NCBI GenBank assembly: GCA_009859145.1
Contig: VRVR01000010.1
Location: forward strand, 351,965-409,697
DNA from: Andalucia godoyi And28
Taxonomy: Eukaryota > Protista > Jakobida
Length of the DNA stretch: 57,733 nucleotides
Reading direction: 5' to 3'
Below the pieces are notes generated by a model, which was not told where the DNA came from, searched no databases, and saw only the letters and a list, made by a program, of their open reading frames with translations. Shown here piece after piece: positions 21,476-30,787 of this stretch. The translations under genes and the position numbers were made by a program. Position 1 is the stretch's first letter. Each line of letters opens with the position of its first letter.

Positions 21476-21531
21476 TTTTACTTTTACTTTTACTTTTACT
21501 TTTACTTTTACTTTTACTTTTACTTTTACTT
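21476..21531. repeat. (TTTTAC)n microsatellite
   Basis: Direct reading. Confidence 0.9.
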
Positions 21532-21653
21532 TTTATTATTCATTTTTAATTTGGCGTTTCATCTTTGTGTCTGACTAGTCACGCTTTGAGCAGGAAAAGA
21601 AGAAGAAAAAGAAGGAAGATTGATTTTTTAAATTTAAATTCAAGTTTAAAGAA

Positions 21654-21704
21654 GAAGAGAAAAGAAGAGAAAAGAAGAGAAAAGAAGAGAAAAGAAGAGA
21701 AAAG
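21654..21704. repeat. (AAGAGAAAAG)n 10-bp tandem repeat upstream of the LSD1-like ATG
   Basis: Direct reading. Confidence 0.9.
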
Positions 21705-21732
21705 AGAGAAAGGGTAATAACAAGAACAGCGA

Positions 21733-22815
21733 ATGTCGACAAACCGCAATTCACAGCGCCAGTCGTCATCGTACCAATCGCTTGATTCGGCGACATCGGA
21801 CAATGATCTTCGGTCTCCGCAGCAGCCTGCGCCACAGCACGGAGTGTATGCGCAGCCACCGCAACAGCTTTCCAGCTATTCAAACACTCGAGGCTCGCAG
21901 CCCTCTGCATTTGGTCCCGCTACCCAGACCCATGGGCATGGTCATGGACACGGACATGGACATGGACATGGACACGGAAATCCACAGACGCATCCTCATC
22001 ACAGTCAGCACGCACCGCTTCCTCCGCCACCGACAGGAAATCCAATGTCATCTGTAACGTGCCCCCGCTGCTCAACAGTTCTTGCACATCCACCACACAT
22101 TAGCGTTATGCGCTGCGGAGTGTGCCGTCAGGTAATCGAGGTGTCGCAGCAAGCTGCTCCTGGTTCAATGCCACCGCCACCACCGCCACCACCACCAGCA
22201 CCAGCACTTCCAGCATCTGTAGGAACGGGCGCAGGAGGAGGAGGAGCAGGACCCGGAGCTGGGACGGCTGCTGCATTCGTGCCACCGCCAGCCCCGGTTC
22301 CTCCGCCACAGCACATACGAGCTCAGCAGTATGCTCCAGCATCGAATATCCCCGTGTCGTGCGTCCGATGCTCTACCGTGCTAACTGTTCCGCCGCATGT
22401 GCAGAGACTCATGTGTTCGATTTGTGGTCAGCACATGTTGCTTGCGTATTCGCGAAATCAACTTGGGCAAACGGTGGTTGTTGTGCAGCGCCTTCAAAAT
22501 AACCCCCAACAGCAGCAGCAGCAGCAGCAACAACAACAACAGCAGCAGCAACAACAACAACAGCAGCAGCAGTTGTACCATCATCCGCAGCAATATCACC
22601 CGAGTTATGGATATGCACAACAGCCACAAGGGTATGGATATCCGCCTCAGCATGGAATGGCGCAGTCGCCGTATCCACCGCTGCCCGGGCATCACCAAGT
22701 GATGGCACAAGCACAACCGCAGACTGGTGGAGAAGAGCCACTGGCACAGGGAATCGTGATTATTGAGAATCCAGATAAGCAGATTGTGGTGGGCAGACAA
22801 GAGGGTCGAGGGTAG
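21733..22815 (+). CDS. LSD1-type zinc finger protein with Pro/Gln/His-Gly low-complexity regions
   Basis: Two fingers, CPRCSTVLAHPPHISVMRCGVC and CVRCSTVLTVPPHVQRLMCSIC; C-terminal IVIIENP...IVVG resembles the plant LSD1 tail VVVENP...VVVG. Confidence 0.8.
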   Translation: MSTNRNSQRQSSSYQSLDSATSDNDLRSPQQPAPQHGVYAQPPQQLSSYSNTRGSQPSAFGPATQTHGHGHGHGHGHGHGHGNPQTHPHHSQHAPLPPPPTGNPMSSVTCPRCSTVLAHPPHISVMRCGVCRQVIEVSQQAAPGSMPPPPPPPPPAPALPASVGTGAGGGGAGPGAGTAAAFVPPPAPVPPPQHIRAQQYAPASNIPVSCVRCSTVLTVPPHVQRLMCSICGQHMLLAYSRNQLGQTVVVVQRLQNNPQQQQQQQQQQQQQQQQQQQQQQLYHHPQQYHPSYGYAQQPQGYGYPPQHGMAQSPYPPLPGHHQVMAQAQPQTGGEEPLAQGIVIIENPDKQIVVGRQEGRG

Positions 22816-23676
22816 GCTGCTTGCGATTCGTGTAGTTGCTTATTTTCCTTTTTAATTAACTAACTAACGAATTAATTCTTTTTGATGTTGCTGCGCTATG
22901 TAGAGTCGCTCTTTCTCCAAGATTGAATCTTCTTATTTTGCCCTATTCTGTCTTTCTACTTCAGTTCCTCTTTTCGGTTTCCGCTCAGGACAGGTCCGAG
23001 CGAGGGTGGAGGTCTTATTGGCACCGGATGTTGGGTTATGGTTACCAGGAAGACATTGCAAGATTTGCGCACATCTTTATGTGTCTGTCGTTGAATCTTG
23101 TTCTGATGTTTCACGATCTTTCTCTTCTTGGTTGTTTCTTCCGCTTTGTATCTGCCCTGAATCATGCTCGGCGTTTTCGCTTGAATATTCCATTTTTCCT
23201 TCTTCAACAAGAAAGACTATGTAAATTGTAGTTTCAATCGACGACGCACATCTTCATCGCTTGCGATTTGATCCCACACCAGTTGCGTGTCAGATGGTCC
23301 ATCACGAGCAAAAAGTATACGAGGGTTCGTGGTATTGTGGGAATTTAAAGAAGTATGGGTCTTAAGAGTGTAACAACCATGACTTGAGGGTAAGTCGTTC
23401 CACCTGATGAATACTGTGTCACTTCATAACAAAAATGATCTTGGCTTGCGTGTCTCATGCTCTTTCTCAAGCCATGATTTCATCTCTGCAAGAGTTGTCA
23501 TCTTGTCGCTCCGCTCTCTGTTGCTGCAGTCGTCGTAGTTTCCAGCATCCCCCGTACACATATGCAAATTTTCGATTTACCGGCATGTACTTCCCATTAG
23601 GAAAGACAAAAATGGAACACGGCTATCACATCTTAAGCATCCCCAAAGATATTACATTCTTTAAATAAAGACCCTC

Positions 23677-24050
23677 ATGGAAGCCGCTCTCAAAGACGCG
23701 CTGTCTTTTTTTTTTTTTTTTTTGCAAGATCCCATCTCTCTGCTAATATACAGTGGCGCCTTGAGTGGGAGATCGGCTCTCACGCCACCAATGTGCTTAT
23801 CGGTTCTAAGGGCTACATACAGAGTGGTTCGTACGCAGATGATGACGACTTTGCATTGCGCGTTACTCACTTGTTGAGCACGGACAAAGACGCCATCACC
23901 TCGCTTGTTCTCAAATCCAAATCGTACCTTGCGACGCGTGCCGTTGCACAAACCACAGATCAAGTTACCCATAATCTGTTTGACCGCGTGAGTGCCCTCT
24001 TTCCGGATGCCGAGATGACCATCAATCACCGGTCTTGCACTTGGCTTTAG
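23677..24050 (+). CDS. Hypothetical 115-aa protein, two exons (23677-23702, 23729-24050)
   Basis: Removing the GT...AG segment 23703-23728 joins MEAALKDA-L-SHLSANIQWRLEWEIG...SCTWL* in frame. Confidence 0.65.
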
Positions 24051-24198
24051 GCCTTCATTTTATTTTGTCATGTGTAGACTAAAGGAGATGCAGTTTGTTC
24101 AAATCCGCAAGCTTGCCGTTAAGAACGTTCAATGATCTAGATTAAAAAAACTCAAACAATTTACAACAAGAGAGGGAAAAAAGGAAGTGAGTGAGTGA

Positions 24199-24230
<32 letters not shown>

Positions 24231-24258
24231 TTCATCAAGGATGCCACTGCATTCCGAC

Positions 24259-27200
24259 TCAGCTCTTGCGGCCTTTGCCTTTGGACGCAGATGCAGATGC
24301 AGACGCAGACGCGGCAACCTTCTTTGGCTGCTTTGCGGTGGCCTTCACCTGCACTACGTATTGATCGATATTATCATCCTCTTCCTTTGGGTCTTCCACA
24401 GAGTCCCCACCAATCTCAACATCCACTCCTGCATCGTCAATTTCGCCCTCTGCCAGACGGACCTTTCGCTTCATCAGTGCATGCGTTGAATTGTACCGTC
24501 GTGTGAATGCCGCCTTCACCTTAGTCTCGATGCCTTTGCGCAAGTCAGCCTCGTCCTTCGCCTTTGCCGTTTTTCCCTCTGCCGAAAACGAAGCACCCAG
24601 CTCAAAGATCGAGTCAAAGTCCTCGCGAGTAAGGCCGTATTCATCCATAAAGGCAATCGTTTCGTCGATTCCTTCTGCGCCGCGCTCCACAAGGGGTTTC
24701 ACAAGAATACGGCGGAATAGATTCAGCATAGGAATTGCAGTGTGATGCTGCAATCGTCGCATTTCTGCCGAGGAGCAAATCTCAGCATCCATGCGCTTCG
24801 CCTTGCGGATTGTGGACATCTTTCCAAGAAGCGCTGGGAACCGAGGCATAAAATCTCGGGGGTGGAGCAACTGTCCAGTGTACCGACCGGAAACAGTGAT
24901 GCAGGGAATCACCGTTGAAACATATCCAAAAGTCGGCAAAAGATCCCAACGACCGTGTTTGCGTAGCAGCTCGCCCATCGTGTCGCCGATTGAAATGAGA
25001 TCCGAGGCCGCAGCTGCTGACGATAAGAACGGTCGACGGCCACCTTGCTCATCTGCAGCGTAGTGAATGTAGTTTTCATGCGTGTACAAGGGTAGGAAGT
25101 CCTGGTCAACAAAAAACTGATCCAATCCGTCGCGAACCCGGTCCCGTTCGGAGCCACCGGCAGCACGATCAAAGAGCTGCCGACCAGCATCAAACATGGA
25201 CATGGAAACGTCCTTGTCGATCTTTGCCGCCGCATCATTGAACCCAACCTTTGCAACCCCGCCTTGCGACTTGACTTTCAGTGCAATCATTTGGAGATGA
25301 TTCAAAATGGATCGCATGTCGCAGTTTGTGGACGTGGCAATTTGTTCCAGGGTGGAATCGGTCATTTGAATTCCTTCGCGCTGGCAGATATTTTGCAAGC
25401 GCTGTCGAACAGACTGGAACATTGGCTTTTGAAATTTGATTTCCGCAGCGTAGTTCTTGAGGGTCTTCAACTTTGGAGCGTACAAATCGTTGCAAATGCA
25501 AATGATCGGCACTTTTGACGACTTAATGAGCTGGATGAGCTCCGTGAGACCACCTCGGTCACCACCAGACATGCCATCCACCTCGTCCATGATCAAGCAC
25601 ACTTTTTTCTTTTCGGGAACATGGTGCATTGTCGCTGCCGAATGGCCATGCATCATGGATACCAGCGACTGAGAGCGAGAAGATTCTGAAATAATGTCGC
25701 GCACAGCATTCTTTGACCGAGAATCGGATGCATTGAACTCCAGCGGGTCATATCCACATTCAATAGCAACAATTCGTGCAGAAGTCGTCTTTCCGATTCC
25801 CGGTGGACCACCGACGAGAATGCACTTCTTATTCACCAATTCAGCTTCAAACTCATCTTGCTTGCCCGACTTCTTTTTCCCGCTGTCTGTCCCCTCAGAG
25901 AGGTGTTTCTCCTGCGCGGTCGTCAGATAGTATCGGATGCGGTCAATGGCGGCCTTATTACCAACAAGATCCGCGGAGGCTGCTGGCGCATACTTGGTCG
26001 TCCACAGGGGATTGTCCGTCTTGCTCTCGTTCGGTGCTTCTTTTTTAGGTGCCTTGTCCTTGTCTGTTGGAAGAGATGCAGGCTTTGAAACGCTTGGAGG
26101 CAGCGGAGACAGCGGAGACAGCGGAGTCGCAGATGCAGATGCAGATGCAGCGCTACCAGACATTCGCGAGCTTGCCGCTGGTGCCGTTGATGTTGTCGAT
26201 GTCGGTGCATGTGTTGTTACGGCAGCAGGTAATGCATCCTCGGCAGGATGCGCCTTGATCCAATTCAGCAGATCGTCTTCATACCAGTAAATCATTGCCG
26301 GAAATTTCTTCGCAGCTTCAATCTTGGAGGCACCGAGGTCTTGGCAGCCCACAAGCAGATGCGTGGAGTTCCGAGAAACACTGGACTTGATTTGTCCTCC
26401 ATGTTCCTTGATCAGCCGCTCCGCTTGATCTCGCGTAATCGATTCGAGAGTGCCGGTCATGCAAAACGCAAAGCCTTCCAAGCAGTCCTCTGCGCCATGC
26501 GGAATGGGTTTCTCTCCAAGCCTTGGCGGAACATCATTTCGTCCGCCCCAGATCTTTTTGCCGTCAGCACCGACGCTCGCAGCCGCCGCATTGCCAGGGT
26601 TCACAGAGGGAGGCGGATTATTCGGCATGGGGACGCTTACAGGTTTTGACGACTTAACAGTTGGCGCATTTTCCTTTTCTTTCGCAGAACTTGACTTTGC
26701 GGTTTTCCTGACGGCATGATCCGAAGCAGACTTCATTGGCGAGGGTGCTTCCGAGGCAGAAGCCGCAAACACCAAGGACCCTGGTTTTGCGCTGAGCGTC
26801 GACGGGAGCGCTCGAGTCTTTGCAGGATGTGCTGAATCTGCCGATGGCGCAGCCGAAGGAATCGGAACGTTGATCTTTGCCCTCTTTGGCGACGGCCCAG
26901 CAGCATGCAACGGTGCTGCAATTGCCGCATTCTTCTTTTTGCTCGCAGACGATCTCTTTGACTTTGCACCCTTTGCTTCCACATATTCTTCCTCTTCAGC
27001 ATCAAAATCAGCATCTCGGCCGATATCACCATCATCATCATCATCATCATCGTCGTCGTCGTCGTCGTAATCATCATCATCGTCGTCACGAAACTCATCT
27101 TCAGAGTCCAGTATGCGCTTCTTGGATCGCAGAGCTGGCTTCTTTGCTTTTCGTCTCGGTTCTTGTTCGTCGATCCTGGCCTTCTTCCGCATCGGCTCGT

Positions 27201-27402
27201 CGTCTTCAATTAGTTTAGGAGGCTCGCGCTTCACCGCAGCAGCAGCGGCCACGGCAGCGGCGACAGCTGCGGGTTTGGAAGGACTGGGTTCTGCCTTTTT
27301 CAAGAATGAATCAAGAGTTCCACCTCTGGGCTTACTGGACTCCCCCGCAGCCGGACTCGCCACCTTGTTGAAAAAACTGGTGATCTTTCCTCCTTTCGAC
27401 AT
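24259..27402 (-). CDS. RFC1: Replication factor C large subunit
   Basis: BRCT (MTGTLESITRDQAERLIKEHGG), Walker A GPPGIGKTT, DEVDGM, ICICND, RFC1 C-terminal helical domain; ATG 27402. Confidence 0.97.
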   Translation of the reverse strand: MSKGGKITSFFNKVASPAAGESSKPRGGTLDSFLKKAEPSPSKPAAVAAAVAAAAAVKREPPKLIEDDEPMRKKARIDEQEPRRKAKKPALRSKKRILDSEDEFRDDDDDDYDDDDDDDDDDDDGDIGRDADFDAEEEEYVEAKGAKSKRSSASKKKNAAIAAPLHAAGPSPKRAKINVPIPSAAPSADSAHPAKTRALPSTLSAKPGSLVFAASASEAPSPMKSASDHAVRKTAKSSSAKEKENAPTVKSSKPVSVPMPNNPPPSVNPGNAAAASVGADGKKIWGGRNDVPPRLGEKPIPHGAEDCLEGFAFCMTGTLESITRDQAERLIKEHGGQIKSSVSRNSTHLLVGCQDLGASKIEAAKKFPAMIYWYEDDLLNWIKAHPAEDALPAAVTTHAPTSTTSTAPAASSRMSGSAASASASATPLSPLSPLPPSVSKPASLPTDKDKAPKKEAPNESKTDNPLWTTKYAPAASADLVGNKAAIDRIRYYLTTAQEKHLSEGTDSGKKKSGKQDEFEAELVNKKCILVGGPPGIGKTTSARIVAIECGYDPLEFNASDSRSKNAVRDIISESSRSQSLVSMMHGHSAATMHHVPEKKKVCLIMDEVDGMSGGDRGGLTELIQLIKSSKVPIICICNDLYAPKLKTLKNYAAEIKFQKPMFQSVRQRLQNICQREGIQMTDSTLEQIATSTNCDMRSILNHLQMIALKVKSQGGVAKVGFNDAAAKIDKDVSMSMFDAGRQLFDRAAGGSERDRVRDGLDQFFVDQDFLPLYTHENYIHYAADEQGGRRPFLSSAAAASDLISIGDTMGELLRKHGRWDLLPTFGYVSTVIPCITVSGRYTGQLLHPRDFMPRFPALLGKMSTIRKAKRMDAEICSSAEMRRLQHHTAIPMLNLFRRILVKPLVERGAEGIDETIAFMDEYGLTREDFDSIFELGASFSAEGKTAKAKDEADLRKGIETKVKAAFTRRYNSTHALMKRKVRLAEGEIDDAGVDVEIGGDSVEDPKEEDDNIDQYVVQVKATAKQPKKVAASASASASASKGKGRKS

Positions 27403-27888
27403 TTCCCTCCCCACCACCTCTTCTTCTCAAAATATCCTTTTTTATTTTTTGGCACCAACGCTAGTCCAACAAAGAAAACGAAAAACGAAAAATAAAACAA
27501 AAAAAAAAACTCCTACAAAGTTGGAAATGTTTCACGAAACACACTTGCTTCAAGCTTGTGATACAGAAAGGGGAAGCGCATGCAGCATGTGTGGGCGGGA
27601 AAGTCTTGGACACATAGTGCGCATGCTTGTTGCATCAAGACAGGAAGGCTCAAAACGCCTCTTGCCCTCTCCCCTCGCGTTTCTCCTGCTGTAGACTACT
27701 CTTCGGAGCCTGGCGCATACTGTGTCTGTTTCCAGGGTGTTTGTTCTATTGCTGAAATGCAGGGAGTGCAGGTTGTTTGTCAAGACGTTGTCGGTACTTG
27801 GTACTGGGAAGAAGCGAGTTTACGATAGAGACCGGGGAGGAGGGAGAAAAAAAAAAGAGCCGCATTACATTCTTGTGGACTTTTGGAT

Positions 27889-28803
27889 ATGAACGAGGGA
27901 GGAGAAGACAAGGTTGCGTCATTGATCGAGAAACTTGAGAATGACGATTGGGCAGCGGAAGACATTTCCGTTTCGGATGTTTCGCCATTGATCGCCGCGT
28001 TTCTTTCCTCTGATGTTCGGTCCGCAAACCTGGAAAAGCTAGTCCATGCACTGCTCGTTACGCTTGGTCGATCTGATCTCGTGTCGCAAGCTCTGGAAGA
28101 CCCACGCGCTTCCGGACTCCTGCGAAAGGCCGTGTCCTTGCTGTACGACGAGCTCTCCGCGGCGGAGGCATCCACAGCGAGCGAGTCCGATACAATTCTG
28201 GCTGAAGATGTTGTGTTTCTGCTGGTGCTCCTGCTGCTGGATGTCGCCAGTAATATCAAATGCGACTATTACGCTCGCTACGAGGTTCCGGACGAGCTCA
28301 TTGCATTGCTGGATCATTCCGATGAGCGCATATCGCTTGCAATGACCTCGTTTATCGTTGTTTTGTGCTCAGAGCTGACAATCTCCAAGCTGCTTGCTGA
28401 GGACAGGTGGGTCTCAGTCTCATCCTCCTTTGCAGTCCGGCTCATTCACATCATCAACAGAGAAAAAGAACTCACAATGAGCCAAGCCGGCCCGTTTTTG
28501 TGTCTCGTGTATCGCTTTGCATCCACTGCAGATCGCCTGCTGTTCTACGACTCGGACCATGCAGTCCTCGAAGAAGTGTACATGCGTATCATTTCGGCAT
28601 CGGAAAATGTCGAGCTGCAGATTGCGGCATTGGAGGTTGTCTACGCAATGCTCTATTTTCTCAAGCCTACGCAGCTCCAGCATCGCAAGCGCTGGTTTTC
28701 TTTCTTGCAGAATCTCCATGCAAACACACAAGGCACCATCCACAAAGACGTGGTTTGCTGCGCCGAGCACCTGCTTGAAAATTTTTCGAACAAACTGGAC
28801 TAG
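27889..28803 (+). CDS. SPIN90/NCKIPSD/Dip1/Ldb17 (WDS family, DUF2013-like) armadillo protein
   Basis: FAVRLIHIINR, FYDSDHAVLEEVYMRII and LQHRKR match the recalled SPIN90 pattern F..KLLLLLNR / FYHTD..LIDI..RHI / LQHRHR. Confidence 0.7.
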   Translation: MNEGGEDKVASLIEKLENDDWAAEDISVSDVSPLIAAFLSSDVRSANLEKLVHALLVTLGRSDLVSQALEDPRASGLLRKAVSLLYDELSAAEASTASESDTILAEDVVFLLVLLLLDVASNIKCDYYARYEVPDELIALLDHSDERISLAMTSFIVVLCSELTISKLLAEDRWVSVSSSFAVRLIHIINREKELTMSQAGPFLCLVYRFASTADRLLFYDSDHAVLEEVYMRIISASENVELQIAALEVVYAMLYFLKPTQLQHRKRWFSFLQNLHANTQGTIHKDVVCCAEHLLENFSNKLD

Positions 28804-29085
28804 CAAAAATGTAAGAGAACAAGAAAGGGAGGCTTCTAAATGGAAAAGAAAATTCTCATCGGAACACGGTTTTCCCCAGGTGCGCATCATCATCATTCTG
28901 ACATGCAACAACTGTTCGTTAACGCTTGCTTCCCGCGTTGGCGGATCTCTCAATTCTCATGTACAGTAAACTCTAATTCCCCTCCCCTTCATCTTGCAGC
29001 GATCACGCCATCCACCACGATAAAATTCATGTCATTCCGAATCGAATGTACTGCACAGTGCAGCGCCTATATTCGATGCGTATTG

Positions 29086-30018
29086 TTAAATGACAAGATC
29101 AGAGTCCGGGTCTTCGTCGTCCAATTCGGCGATATCCACGTAAATTGCGGCGCCTGCCGATGCCATCACAGCACCTGGGCCACTTCGTGCTTCTGTGCCG
29201 CCCATTCGGACAAGTTCATGCGGGAGCACCACAGAATCGCGCTGCAGCTTTTCCTGATCGCTGAGCTCGAGTTTGAATGACACGCCAAACACTGAGTCGC
29301 CCACGGCCTGTACACTTTTCCGTGGATCCGCGATCGGAACATGCACAAATTTGGCCAGTCGTTCGTCCCACCGAAACCAATCTTCTGTACGCGCAAGTTT
29401 CCCACCTGTCGCCACCACCGCGCCTTGACGGTCAACCACACGTTTGGCTGCCTTGGAAAGCACAAAAACGTCAGTTCCGTCTCGCGTTGCCAGGTCCATC
29501 CACAAGTGAGCAGTGCCAAGTTTCGACATCCAATTACACTCGGACTCGGAAATAGTGTCTGTGTGCACGACCCCTAGCACATGTATGTCGAACGGACGCG
29601 ACTGAAGCCACTTGACCACAGCGCGGATGCCATGATGCAAGATAAGAGAGGAAATCGAGTAGACGATCAGCAATCGGACAGACTTCTGGTTCCCTGTAGG
29701 GCGCAGCGACCCCGACGGTGGAGCATAAGCGACGGAAGTTCCCCACAAGACCGGGTCATCGAAAGAGACAAGACTCGCGGATGCAGACCGATCGCAGATG
29801 TGAATGCTCGAAAAACGGCCATTCATGGACTCGAGCCTCTGCCTGCTCATATCCGTTGTCCACAATGCTACCGCCGAGATCGCCGAGGACGCCGACGCCT
29901 CGCGATGCAGCACACACGAATGAAGAGCGTGGGCAACGTGGACTCGAACAGAAGCCGATGTGTACATCAGGGAAACATCGTACTTTTCAAGATTAGACAA
30001 GACAGACTCCATGGACAT
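29086..30018 (-). CDS. ELP5: Elongator complex subunit 5
   Basis: C-terminal SFKLELSDQEKLQRDSVVLP...IYVD...DDEDPDSDLVI is the ELP5 tail signature. Confidence 0.85.
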   Translation of the reverse strand: MSMESVLSNLEKYDVSLMYTSASVRVHVAHALHSCVLHREASASSAISAVALWTTDMSRQRLESMNGRFSSIHICDRSASASLVSFDDPVLWGTSVAYAPPSGSLRPTGNQKSVRLLIVYSISSLILHHGIRAVVKWLQSRPFDIHVLGVVHTDTISESECNWMSKLGTAHLWMDLATRDGTDVFVLSKAAKRVVDRQGAVVATGGKLARTEDWFRWDERLAKFVHVPIADPRKSVQAVGDSVFGVSFKLELSDQEKLQRDSVVLPHELVRMGGTEARSGPGAVMASAGAAIYVDIAELDDEDPDSDLVI

Positions 30019-30023
30019 GCGCC

Positions 30024-30119
30024 TTTTTCAGCTTTTCAACTTTTCAGCTTTTCAGCTTTTCAACTTTTCAGCTTTTCAGCTTTTCAACTTTTCAGCTTTT
30101 CAGCTTTTCAACTTTTCTA
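30024..30119. repeat. 8-bp CTTTTCAG/CTTTTCAA tandem array (12 units) with 24-bp higher-order period
   Basis: Final base of successive units reads G,A,G,G,A,G,G,A,G,G,A. Confidence 0.95.
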
Positions 30120-30227
30120 CAATTCGAAAATAAATAAATAAATGAAATAATCAATTAATAAATAAATGAAAAAATGAAATGCGAACAAAGGACACGCGAG
30201 CGAATTGCGAACAAAGGACAGGCGGAC

Positions 30228-30374
30228 TCAAGCCGGGCGGCCAATTCGTAAGACGGGAAAGTGTCCGACGAAGAAATGCTGCTTGAGGCAGTACATGCAA
30301 TGGGGGCCGGCGCGGATGCTGCGGATCGTTCCGGCGGCAGCCCAGCGCCGGAAGCTGGCGGCGGTGATTGTCAT
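30228..30374 (-). CDS. Small ORF, 48 aa (MTITAASFRRWAAAGTIRSIRAGPHCMYCLKQHFFVGHFPVLRIGRPA)
   Basis: GC island within AT-rich DNA; 29 of 47 non-start codons end in C; ATG follows a CA-rich leader. Confidence 0.55.
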   Translation of the reverse strand: MTITAASFRRWAAAGTIRSIRAGPHCMYCLKQHFFVGHFPVLRIGRPA

Positions 30375-30787
30375 GGGTCTTGCGCGGCGTTGTGGGCGTT
30401 GATGTTGGATTATAAACGCAAAATAAAATACACATCGTATTTTATTTAATATTTTAAGCACAACGAAAGTACAAAAGAAACAAACAGGCAAACAGACCGA
30501 GACAAACAAAGTTTAACGACTACGGTGGGTGTCCACTACGGCTGGCGTCACCACACATGGACAATAAAAATAAAAATAAAAATAAGAAATGAGCGTCGCT
30601 CTGCGAGAATGCAACGCAGCGGCGTATTTATGTAGGGATTTCTTGATCAAAATGGGGGCGAAACGACTCGGGGATTGTGTGACGGAGTTGCTTAAGATAA
30701 CAGACGCATGCGCATGGCTCGTGGCAGTGGTTTTGTTTGCGTGCGCTTTAGATTGCTTCATCATATCGCAATAAGTGGCAGCGGTGC

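Noticed and set aside
23400-23500. TGATGA C-box after a GTAAGT donor-like site
   Set aside because: No CTGA D box within snoRNA distance, and no open upstream exon for the donor
111-30018. SUA5 and ELP5 (both tRNA modification) in one window as a functional cluster
   Set aside because: They are 28 kb apart with unrelated genes between them; no evidence of clustering
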